Source: Chrysomallon squamiferum (Eukaryota; Animalia; Mollusca). Taken from it: 64,000 bases of DNA. This document shows, piece after piece, positions 13,920 to 26,700 of the stretch; position 1 is the first letter of the stretch, and each line of letters opens with the position of its first letter. The stretch is taken from NCBI GenBank assembly GCA_012295275.1, contig CM022665.1, positions 39,370,001 through 39,434,000 on the forward strand, written 5' to 3'. The position numbers and the translations under genes were made by a program. A model generated the notes under the pieces. The model worked only from the letters and a program-made list of their open reading frames with translations. It ran no database searches and had not been told where the DNA came from.

Positions 13920-15207
13920 ATGACTGAAGTAATGCACGTGGATAAAAATATTATAGACGCAAATTCAGAAACGTCTGCTTCTGAATGGCAGTCATCAGAT
14001 TCAGACAGCCCTGACAAAGATTATGATGCTGGTCTGTAAAATAATCCCCCAAAAAAGAAGAAACGTTTAATCATTAGCGACTTACTTAAAAACTCAATGA
14101 GTCAATGTTATGATCATGATGGTCATCATAATGATAATTATATTACTATTATAGTATTACTATTAGTATGACTATGTTAAGTATGTATGTATTAGTATTA
14201 ATTGGTTTCTTGTACTGGTGGTAGTCTGTCATCGTCTGTGCCACTCAGAATAGTAGTAATGTCAGGAACTGCCAGTTCATGGAATCATAATCATTTAATG
14301 ATTCATGAATCCTATGATATTGATGTTTTAAGTTTAATGCTTATGAATATAACTTGTTACTTGGTCGTTGTATCATTGCATGTATATGTAATCAAGTTTG
14401 AAAGTTAAGAACAAAAGCAATGGATCCAACATGAAATGAATTCCTTCTCAAATTAATTTCCCTAAATTTTGTGATTGATGTTGACCTCTGGGTGAAAATA
14501 ATATACTGGTAATGCCACAATAATAAAGATAATGACATAATAGAAAGGAATAATTTACCTTTGAAAACCCATTTTTTCACATGTGACTGTCAGAATTATC
14601 TTTTTTTTATATATTTTTTTTAAATATTGTGCTCTAATGTGTTTCTTATGTTAATAAATGTTTTAATATTTACAGCTTCTTTAAGATAATGTGTTATAAA
14701 TATATATATGGGATTTTTTTGGGTGTTTCAGATTCAGAAAAAGAAACTCAAGATGGAAATTTGGAAGAAAAACACAGTGGACTTGCAACTGTTATGTCAA
14801 AAATTCTTAATAAAAAAGTTCCAAAACATCAAAAGACAATTTTAGTGAAAGCAAAGACAGAAAGAGAACTTCAGAAACTCAGAAAACAAAAAGAAGGGAA
14901 AGATTCTGAGGATGAAGATTTGTTTGAAAAATCAGAAAAGGTGAATAAAATACAATTCGTGTGTATTTGAATCAAGTTAAATTATACCCATAGTGACAAA
15001 TTTGTAAAAGCATTTTATATGCTGTAAATTCATAATTCTTTAATGTTGTTACTGGCAACCAGTATGTGCTGAGAAAAAGGTTATATACTGGGTTGGAACA
15101 AAAACATAGCATTTTTTAACTATATATATTTCAGTTACTTATGAAACAAAACCACATTTCAAACACCATCTATTTAGAAATACTTTGGACTTTTTGTTCC
15201 AGCCCAG

Positions 15208-15246
<39 letters not shown>

Positions 15247-17990
15247 GGTTAGTTGGAATATAGTGTTATCCATATATTTTATTTATTTATTTATTATTAT
15301 TATTTTTCAAACTGAGTATGAAATTAATACGTGGAGTAGATGTCAGTTATTAATCTAGTTTTAATTGATTTCTTTTGTAGAAAAAATTATGGGAAAACAT
15401 GGGCAGGATCAAGCCACAGGTTCTTGATAAGGAGAGAGAAAAATATCTACAAAGAATAGCAACAAGGTATATTAATAATATTTATTTATTTATTTCTTAA
15501 TAGTGGACTACAAGATTGTTATTAAAATTTAATATTGTTTGCATTACAGTTCATAATGTAGAAAGTTAACAACAGTGACTGAAAAATCCAGACAAATTAA
15601 TTTGCTATGTAATTTTAAAAAAAAATGTCAGGATGAAAAAACCCATTTATTATTTAGTTACATTCTTTATTGTTTAAGAGTTTTTTTAACTGGATTTTTA
15701 ATTGCATTATTGTTTTTTGTGTCTTTATAATTTTTAAATGTAAATGTATTTAAGACTGTCATAAGATTAATAATATTTAATGTCAAATTTCATCAAATTA
15801 TGTTTTAATGTTTTTAACTGAGGGTTTTTTTTTTTTTTTGGTACTGAGAGGATTGTTTATAATTGCCATGCCAACAGTAACAACCTGTGTGATATTTGTA
15901 TAGTATTTTCAGTTATAATAAAAAAAGCTAATGTTTACTTCAGGGGTGTAGTACAGTTATTCAATGCAGTGAGGAAACAACAGAGAATTATGAGTGACAG
16001 GCTTGTTGAAGTGGGACCTTCAGTCCGAAGACGAGACAAAGTCTTAGAATCAATGACGAAAGGAAAATTTTTAGACTTGTTAAAAGGAACATCGAGTCCA
16101 TCAGTGGTGAACATTGACAAACTGAAGGAAGAAGAGGTAAGAATAAAGATATTAATAGTTTTATTGTTTTTATTAGTGGAAGGATTCAAACCATGATGAC
16201 ACAGCTTTGGAGCTACTTGGGGGTTTTTTTTTTTTTATTTTATTACTGTTTTTAGTGGTCACAGTGTTTATTTTAAAATTATCTTGGTAACAGGATGAAG
16301 ATATGAGTCAAAAACAAATTTTGAAACCCTGTTCTGAAAATGATGCTTATTAATCAGGATAAAATCACATTTTTAATAAAGTTGTATGAAATTTGAATGT
16401 ATTAGTTCATTGTATGTACTGTCTTTCTTTAAGAAATAAGCATGTAGATTTCCTATAGTGTTGTTAGAGAAAGTAATTGGTTCCTTATCTTGTCTTAGAA
16501 ATGTTCAACAGTTCTTTATATGACATGCAAAGCAGTCATTAATGAAAAATCTTTTGTTGTTTTGGAATATTTAATGCATATTAATATTGAGAATAATGGT
16601 TGAATCAGTTGCATACTATGATAAAGTTTAGCTGTTAGAGGTAATAAACTATATATATATATATATCAAGGCTGGGGAAATCTGTCATAGATTTGTGATC
16701 TTTGGGACTAAAACTGTTTTGAAATTATTAAACACAGTAACATTTTTTTTACATTTCGGTCCAAATCATTCTGTAATTGAAATCATTTTTCTTTGTTACC
16801 ATTCTTACAGCAAGTTAAGCACTTCGAACACTTCCACATTTGTCAATACATGACTGTCAAATTAGTCTTTCTTCATTCAGTAGTAACTGGAAATGAATGG
16901 TGTATTAATTATTAGTCAGTCTTTTGAATTCGGACTGTCTGTGGTTTTTGTACATTAAGACAAGTCAGTAATATCAGATGTTTTGTATGACTGTGATTAC
17001 AAGCTCTGCAAAAAGTAAACATGGCCATGGAAGCAAACACCAATAATACCAACACCACAGATGCTTTCAGTTTTACAGGTTAAGAGATTAAACAATCCTT
17101 TTAAGGATTTTAGTTACAGCTAAATTAAAACAAAACATCTAGACTATCACTGTTATTAAGGGTTTGAAAGAAGATATTTAAAAATAGACTGAGAACATAC
17201 AATCATGCATTCAGTGATGATGTTGTCAATAATTTTGTCAGCTGTTACAGTTTCTGTCAAATAGTGTTTATGCTGAAAAACTGGTTCATGAAACTAAGAA
17301 ATATTTGATTGTTGTGTTTTTTTTATCAATCAACATGGTAAAAAAATACTTAAATTTTGTTTACATGCACTTGAGTTAATAATTAGCACTTTCTTTTCTT
17401 TTCCTTTCTTCTACTTTTTTTTTTTTTTTTTTTTTTTTTTATATTAATTATCATACCAGTATTTTTTTTCAAATACAAAACTGTAATTTGTCTTGTTTGT
17501 AGAAAATTATTATTATTCATATATTTAAAACAAATATGTGTAACAGCAAAAAAATTTTTTAATAGTTTCTTTGGTATAAGTTTATGATTAAAATTGTTAA
17601 TTTTCTTTTTTCCTTTGGTTTTTGATACTATTTGTGAATATTTGTTATTTAACTTTTACTTAAATTCTGAATTGTATACATGTCTTTGTTTGCTTATTTA
17701 TTGAAGTAATTTATTATCCATGTTTCTGTATTTGTTTATGTGCCTGTCTATTTTTTCACTTACTTATTTATTTTTTATTTTTTATTTACTAAATATGTCT
17801 ACATATGTCTGTGTGTCTATTTATTTAGTTAAATATTAATTTGATTTTCTGTTACAGATAAAAGAGGAACCAGCTGAAACAGAGAATAATGAAAAATGGA
17901 GTATTTTGAGAGACGACTTTATGATGGGTGCTAACATGAAAGACTGGGATAAAGAAATCAGTGAGGATGAGGGTGGGGGTCAGGAGGTTA

Positions 17991-18026
<36 letters not shown>

Positions 18027-18055
18027 TTGATGTTGATATGTCAAATAGTGAATAA
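13920..18055 (+). CDS. RRP15: RRP15-like ribosome biogenesis protein, 265 aa
   Basis: Exons 13920-14031, 14732-14940, 15381-15466, 15944-16136, 17858-18055. Motifs LQRIATRGVVQLFNAVRKQQ, KGKFLDLLK, WSILRDDFMMGANMKDWDKE; acidic tail. Confidence 0.95.
15086..15209. mobile_element. Tc1/mariner-type MITE (124 bp, ~19-bp TIRs, TA target duplication)
   Basis: TA|tactgggttggaacaaaaa...tttttgttccagcccagta|TA, one mismatch between TIRs. A related end (ttgggctggaacagaagtttttagcattttt) occurs at ~26831. Confidence 0.7.
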
Positions 18056-18952
18056 AATGTATTATTTTTGTTGTTTTGTTTCGTTTTTGTGTAATATGCA
18101 CCTGAGTTAACTGCCCTTGGATAGGTAAGGGCTTGGATTTTAAAAAAAAAAAATTAAATCTACAATTTTGTTGAACATTACATATATATATTTATATATA
18201 TATATATATATATTTATTGCATAAATATAAAAATGTCTGTTAATTTCTAAAATTATTGAAACAAATAATGTGTGGAACAAATTTAATTCAAAGAAACGTC
18301 TGTTTTATTATTATATTTATTATATTTTGTTATAAGCAAATGATGCTATTGATTAACAAACCACTCACTTGAACTATACAAAATATATTTAGATTATATC
18401 AGCAGCTTTTTTGCTTTGAATAGGAATTCTTCCAAAGATAATAATAAATTATGTATCTGCTGAATATTAGTACATTTATTTTTAAAATTTTGACGATTTA
18501 GTAATCTTATAATGTCAGTATTTCACATAAAAGAAAAATTGTGATTTCTGTGAGTCATTAATGTGACACAAAGTTATCTAAAGAAGTTTTGCTAGATATA
18601 TATAAATATAAAGATTTTGATAAAAATGCATTCTATTTATATAACACATTTGATGTGATGTAAGTAGCTATTGATTATCTCTGTAATAACCGATAACAAA
18701 TTAATAGTTTCAGATAAATAAATATTTACTCTGGACCGCTGACCCAGGTAATCAAATTGATGATAGCTTATCTGAGTATGCATACGACTGATGTGTTCAA
18801 TATACAGACAATTCATGTATATCGCCATTAAAAGTCCCTACAAACAGTGATAATACCACACTAACAGCCTGGTCAAGCTAAACAGGTAAGTTTAATTAAG
18901 ATAACTGTTCACATAGGTAATACATCAGTGTATTATTTTATCTAAGACCAAT

Positions 18953-19210
18953 GAAAGAATGTAAAGGCACTAAATGCATTTTATATCGGCATTTACAAGG
19001 ACAAGGTGTGATTTTACATATGAGAGGAAAAATGTCTTTCATTCTGATGTGAGCTACTCATCAATCATCCCAGGATTCTTTATCAAGTTTATACCATCTC
19101 TGTAAGGCATGAGAGTACTTACAATGGCATTTTGATACCAAAAATTGTAGAGAATTTGGTGGAATGGAATCTATTCAGTGGTAGATAATGGAGAACTGAT
19201 CCTATAATCT
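18953..19210. mobile_element. Degenerate interspersed repeat, probable SINE relic (copy 1)
   Basis: Shares gagagg.aa...tg.g.ctactc.t...g.at.ctttat with 24135-24312 and 51845-51950. Confidence 0.45.
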
Positions 19211-20384
19211 ATTATTATATCTTGGTATAATGTTCTAAGTAAGTTAAAGCTGTTTTTATTAGCTAAAAATGTTAAAAAGTCTTTCTTGCATTTTTGTTAA
19301 TGAACATCATTGATTTTTGAAGAGGTACAAATATTGGTTGATTTATGTATCCATTGTATAGTAAAGAAGTTAACATTAGAAGTAAAACTGGTACATACCA
19401 TTACATTTCTTTACTTTTTTGCTAGATAAATTCATGTTGTTTTTAAATAGATCATGCATTTTTGAAAATAAGCACCTTTTTTCTTTCTTTCTATATATAA
19501 TATATATATATATGTATGTATTTATTATTTTTTTGTGACATTTTCAGACTACTGTTATAAAACTATGAAATCCATCCAAATTACTTATAATTTGTATTAA
19601 TATATTGCTTGTAATTAATTTAAACTGATTATCATTTATATTCATTATTAATATATTGCTTGTAATTAATTTAAACTGATTTATTTCAGCACATTTCCTT
19701 TAAATAATTCACATTATAATAAATATTTTCATTTATGTTTATTGTCACGTGTAAAATTAACAACTCTCTGATATCATCTTAAACTGAAGCACCTGCATTC
19801 AAATTAATGATTCATGTACATAATACACTATTATCCATTTTAATAATCCAAGCATATATTTCATGGGCAGGAGTTTATTATAATATGAATTGTATTCAGT
19901 ATGTCTGTTCATTTTAAATTCATTTATTCATATATTAAATAGATAATATGGAATTATCTGTATTAATGGTCTGAAGTATGTACTGAACTGTGAAATCTGT
20001 AAAAAATGCATATTTTAAAATTAGTTGTTCGAGCCTTTCTGTAATATACTTCATCCAAACTAACCTATTTGTAGTATGCATTATCAAAACAAATGGTTAA
20101 AATGGTTAAAACAAATGGCTGAATAGCAGTATCCATAATATAATATTAAACTGTTCTGTACCAGATATGTATATATCGAAACTCTCATGGACAAAACATT
20201 TTGTAATAAACTGCTTTGACTATATACTAATAATGGTCCAATCATGGCTTGTAATACCCTAATTACTTGTAATAACAAACTGAATTGTCTGTCATTATTA
20301 TCTTTATATGAAATTAATAGTGGAAGCACACACACTCTCCCCATATACATTAATACATACATATATGTGTACTCATATCCTGAT

Positions 20385-20400
20385 ATACATATTCATATAT

Positions 20401-20479
<79 letters not shown>

Positions 20480-20552
20480 TGCTTATATATATATATATAC
20501 ACACACACATACATACATACATGTATATATGTAGTGTGTGTGTGTGTGTGTA
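20385..20552. repeat. Compound (AT)n/(AC)n/(GT)n microsatellite
   Basis: Directly visible dinucleotide runs. Confidence 0.9.
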
Positions 20553-21392
20553 TTGATGACACACTTTGGGAATACATGTATTTTACTGCTGTTTCAGTGA
20601 CACTGAAACAAGAATCTATTTTTAAATCTGTGACTAGAGGTTCAAAAGTCAAGAGTCTGAACCTTGACTTACTTCTGCATCCCTATCTGTTTCTTGGAAA
20701 CAAGTAAACAACACATTTCTAGCCTGTTCAGGAAACATGTGTAAATCAGTGCAGTAGTTTTTTTCTAGCTGGGAATGATACCTCAATGCTTTTTGTAATG
20801 GAATACTTTTTTTGTTTTTTATCAGTGCAAACAGGGAGAGGTATGTATGATATATGCTACTTTAATGCTATTGTTAAAATTTTCAGGACAGTTTTGGTAG
20901 AGTTTAAGCTTGTATACTTTGGTGGATGCATATTATATGTATGTATATTTGTATTTCAATTGTAAAGGATTAATTGAAAGAGACAGAACAGAAATTTGGG
21001 AGGTTTTGTTTTGTTACCAAATAAATAAAGATGCTGATGCTGCTTTTTTTATTATTTTTTTTTTTTTTTATTAATTGAAATGAATTTTCAGTCTCTTTAT
21101 AAAAGAAATAAAATTATTAGATTAAATATTTTATTATTTTTTAAAGTATAGAATAATAATAATAATAATAATAATCAACATCATCAAAATAACAGTAATA
21201 TGAAATAAATAAATAAATTTACACAGTGATACATTTTATAACGATTGACAGTTATCAGTTACATAATTATTATGATTTAAAAATGTAAAGTATTTGGTTT
21301 TGGTTTGATCTTTTCCAATTTTTTTTTTTTTTTTTAGTAAATGCTAAGAATAAAATTATTGACTAACTAAGCTTCTATTTAAACAAAGAAAT

Positions 21393-21443
<51 letters not shown>

Positions 21444-21761
21444 ATGCTGTCATTGTATTTAAATATACATCTAAAAGAAGAATATATAAAATTTCTATTA
21501 AATCTGTTACCATATTTAGAAAACTGAAAACCCTCCAATAATTATGATTTTAAAATTTGCATTTATTTATTTAAAAAGTCTATAATATAAAATGACATTC
21601 ATTTGATTACATGATCATCTTTATTTTTATAATAATTGTATTCTTATTATTTTTCTTATCTTTTTAGTTTTTTTTTTTTTCTCTTTTATTTAGTTTTTTT
21701 TCACTTTTTATTCATGTTTGTCAACATTTGGTTTTATTTATGTACAGGCATCATCTTAAAA

Positions 21762-23677
21762 ATGAAGATTCACCTAATGCTAAAATGGATTTTTCTTATC
21801 TGCCTCATGTTGTCTGTGTTTGGTGACAACATCAATGAAAGTGGCAACAAGAAACAGATTATATGGAGGACTAGTTATTTAAAATTGAAATATGGAAACA
21901 CAAATCATAATAACAGAATCAAAGTAAGTACTGTGTTTAAGTACAACTTTGAAACAAGGTCACAAGGTCAAGGTCATAGTCAAGGTCAAGATTTAAATAT
22001 CCATGATATTAAAAATATTCAACAGAAAGGTGAAGGTCACTTGTCTCACGAAGATGTAAATACTGAAGAAGTTAACAATCAACTGAAACGATTGTTGAAA
22101 TCTGAAAAGAAACACTGTATTGTTTCTGTGCCAGGGGAGGTCATTCCAGTTTCCTGTCACTCTTCTGTCTTTGAAACACCAGCAGTTCCTGAGGAAGCAA
22201 CAGTTTTCAAATTTGATAAGTGAGTTAAATCATATCTATCTATTGGTCTGTCTGCCTTTATAAATATCTTAAATGTACTGAGCCAGTAAGTTTATTATTC
22301 TTCATTTGCAATAAAAATATCAATGATTTAATGTTTCAGATTTTAAGCCATTCATCTGTTGGATCCTGTCCCAACAAGTTCATTTCACTTTTGTGAAATG
22401 ACCAGCTTAGTAACAATAACTTGTTTTCATTTGGTATTTATCTGCATTCCTTAGTTCAAACCTTTAAATATAGGTTATTTTGTTTATTTGATTTTTAAAA
22501 TGGTTTCTATAACTTAAGGCAGGTTTCAGCTATGAAATTTAATATCATATAAGTTATAATTTTAGAGTATATATAGATATATAGATATAGATATAGATAT
22601 AGATATATAGATATATATAAATGAAAACAATAAATTATGTTTCAATAGTTGTTTTCCTCCTTCTTTTTCAGGTTACCCACAGACTCTAGACTACTTCCAG
22701 AAATAGGAAATGGTCACCTAGCAACGGTGTTGTTCAGTGACACTATTTATATGAATGGATTGTACAACGGTGCCAGTAGGAGCAGTCACAGGGCTCGCAT
22801 CCCTTCCACTGTGTCATTCAATGTGACTGCAGTGTCACCTGCCAACTCCTCCAGGATTCGAGTTTTAGATATGGGCAGAGGTATGTACAGCTTTTTATAA
22901 TGTCACTAGGTTGGTTGATGATGTGTGTCTACATGTGTTTGTGTGTTGTTTGTGTTGGGGTCTTAAGTTTTGTTTGTATGTGTGTGTGTGCATTTGACTG
23001 TATGCTTCTACAGGACTTTTTTTTTTTAAATATAAATTTGATTTAAATCCACTCAGATATCTTGATAACTTAATAATGGCACTGCTTTGAAGAGGAGGGG
23101 TTTTTTGTGGGGTTTTGGTGGGTTTTTTTCTTTATTTTCTGTTTGTTACTTGGAGTCAAAAAGAAGCTAAATCAAATTTATCATGGCCATATTCTCAATT
23201 TTGATTTTTATTTCATTCATAACGACACTGCTGTTTTTTCAATAATATATCAAATCTATATATAATACACTTGTCACTTAGGAGTCTACTATGAGAGATA
23301 TGAAGGTCAAGGTTACTCCATTGAGGTTCGGCAGTATGCCCATCGGTCACTCTCTCGTCTGCTGGTTGTCCAGGTGATAATGAAACGAGATGGTGACCAG
23401 CACCTCAGCATTAACCTCACAGTAAACAGTGGAGTGGCCAGTGAGGACATCAGTTTCAGAAATTCAACACCTACCAATTCCATCATAAGGTAATCTTCAA
23501 AAGTTACAGTTGTTAAATGAAAGCACTCTTTTGGAAAGGTTAATTGCATGGACAAATTTAAAGTAACATATTTTTATGATAAAAATCCTTTAGTTTGTTT
23601 CACTGATAATTTATGCCAAATAAATACATGTTATTTTTTATTAATTCAATTTTGCTTTATTTATATATATTTTTTTT

Positions 23678-23708
<31 letters not shown>

Positions 23709-26700
23709 TTTATTTTTTATTTTTTTGTTTTATTTATTTATTTGTTTTTGTTTTTTTTTATTATTTATATCTTTCTTTCTTTCTTTCTTCCTTTCTTTCT
23801 TATTATTAATTAATTATTTTATTTTATTTCATTCACTTCACTTCACTTCACTTCACTTCACTTCACTTCACTTCACTTCATTTTATTTTATTTTATTTTT
23901 TATATATTTTTTTTTTTGCCAGTGTACTTGTCGGAAATACCAAAGAAGCTGAATACCCCAATATTGCTCCTGTCACCCCGGTAACAGTTTTTTCTAATAA
24001 AGTTGCTAAATCCATCACAATTCATCCTGGGACAACTGGACAAGTTTCAACATTTTTAACTTCCATCAGCACAAACAAAGAAGAGGCAGAGGATTACTTT
24101 AAGAGAGGTAATGAATAAAAAAAAAAAAAAAAAAATGAATCCTCAGCACAATTATTGTTAATGGTTCTTAGATACCATCATATTTCAGAGATGGGTCTTT
24201 CATATAAGCATGACAGATTAACATAATAAATTGGTTGTCTTCATTCTGTGAACTACTCATACCATTTAAAACAGAATCTTCTGTATGCACCTTGTTATTG
24301 CCACACACGCCATGATATTTGTGGATATAAACAACATATTCTATTTATTTATTTTATTTTTTATTATTTTTTTTTTTTTTTAAATTCAAATATATTCATT
24401 TTTGGTGCATTTTTATATCATCCTTCTATTTCATTTTTCAAAATGTAAAATTTTTTTTTTTAAATAATAATAATAATGAGCATAAAAGTTTCAGAATTTT
24501 TAAAACTAAATTTTATCATGCAGGGATGGCACTAGCAATAAATGGAAGACTGTTTTCTTCTCATGTTGATGCATGGACTAGACTGTGGAAGCAAGGACAC
24601 ATAGATTTACGTGGAAATCTGACATTGTCCAGAATCACTTATGCTGCCCAGTATTACCTGTTGAGTTCACTGCCCACTGAATATGACCGGTCTTGGCCAT
24701 TTGTAGGTCTTGCTCCTGGAGGTCTAGCCCATGGTGGTGACAATAGAGTATATATAGTTTTGTTTTATTATTTTGTATGACTGTCTGTCTGTCTGTGTGT
24801 ATGTATGTAAGTCATGCTATCATGCAAAAAGTTGTACAAATACACACATACATACAAACACATAAAAACACAAACACCCATGCCAACATAATGTGTATTT
24901 TTAAACATTGTTGATGATGTTAATTTAAAAAGCAAATTCAGTGTATTAAAAATGTTAGAAGTGTGACATGTTGTTACAAAATTTGTATAATTTTTAATAC
25001 CCTCAGTTTTAATATTCAAAATATGTTTCATGTTTGACTTTTGCTGTGAAATTTCTTAAACATTTATTTCTTTGAGATTAATATTTCTAAAACTCTATCA
25101 ATGAAACTAATATTTTTATAGACATCTTTCAAACTCTGTATATGTTTGTATAACTTATCCTGAATATATTTTTTAGCTCGGTTACCAAAATATCACTTTC
25201 ACAAAGCATATAATTAACATTTCTTTTCATTTTGTTAGGATTACATGGGCCATGTTTTCTGGGACCAAGATACTTGGATGTTTCCTCCAATTCTTCTCCT
25301 GCACTCGGACATCGGCAAACTGCTCATAGACACTAGAATCAGAACACTCAACACAGCCATACTCAATGCTGCTCAGAAAGGATACAAAGGAGCCAGGTAT
25401 CCTTGGGAATCAGGATACACAGGTTCTTATAAAACTCTTTTATCTGCTTTTTATTTTGTTTGTTATTTTCTTTTCGTTATAAATTATATTCTTATTTAAA
25501 TGATTTTTATTTATTTTTTCTATTTGACTAATGTTTTATTATAAAATATGTTCTTATTTGAATAAATAAAGGATATTTATATATTATTTTGGTTGTGTTA
25601 AAGTATAAATTATGTTCTTATTTGAATGAATAAAACATTTTTAAATTATTTTTTATCTTGATTATATTTTATTATAAATTATGTTCTTATGTGTATAAAT
25701 AAAATAATTTTATTTATTATTTGGGATCTTTTTATTCTAAAAAAAAAAATGCAGATAACAATGAATAAATGAAATTTATTTTTAATATCTTTGCATAATT
25801 AATTATAAAATTACCATGAAGAAAATGCTGTAGAAACAATATTTTTTTCACAGTTTTATTTAATAGGCTCTTTTGTTTCTTTGCTGTTGTTTTTTTGTCT
25901 GTTTGTTTCTTTGGGGTTTTTTTTGTTTTTGTTTTTGTCACTGGTTAATTTCTTAATTGCAGGGTCTGTTATTATTGGTCACTTATGTTTATTGATCTTC
26001 AGGTCTTGAGGTCAGTCCTTCAGAAACCTGTGGTGACCAGGAGATCCACATCACAGGAGATATATGTCTGGCATTCAAACAGTACTTACAGCTAACCAAT
26101 GACACAGAATTTCTCATGTCAGGTCAAGGCAAAGACGCCATCTTCAACATGACAGATTTCTGGATTTCCAGAATGGTGTTTAACAGAGAGACAGGAAAGT
26201 TTGAAATACATGGTAATGTTTTTTTTTACATTATTTTATTTATTTTTATTATTGTTATTTTTAATTAGGCCAGTTGAATAAACTGAAAAAGCTTTATGAG
26301 ATAAAAAAAGAAAAAAAAAAGATAAAAGAAGAAAGAAAACAACTGAAAATTATGTTTAATATTGTTTGATTATGGTAACGATTTAGTAATAATTTCTGTT
26401 AGTTCTAATCTATTAATTCATTATAAACTGTTTGTTATTCATTATAAGTTACATTTTATATTTTGAAAATAAGGTTTGTGATAAAAATGAAATAAAATTG
26501 ATGTTTATGATTGCTTAATTGTTACAGTTTTATTTGAGTTAATGTCAACAGTAATTTGTAATTTTTTCATACCCTGTATTTATTATTAATTTTAATGTTA
26601 TATTTTATGTCTTGATGTTATGTTGTGACAAAAAGGATTAAAATATGATCTTGTTTTCTTCACATTGTGGATTTATCTGCTATCTGAATCTTCATTAGTA

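Noticed and set aside
16668-17290. Possible hAT-like transposon relic in RRP15 intron
   Set aside because: Higher-complexity sequence after a TA run, but no matching second TIR or ORF found.
19595-19682. 49-bp-period direct duplication (similar ones at ~5056-5180 and ~25535-25705)
   Set aside because: Ordinary local slippage duplications in AT-rich non-coding DNA.
20084-20652. Multiple YI/HT-repeat ORFs
   Set aside because: Translations of dinucleotide microsatellites.
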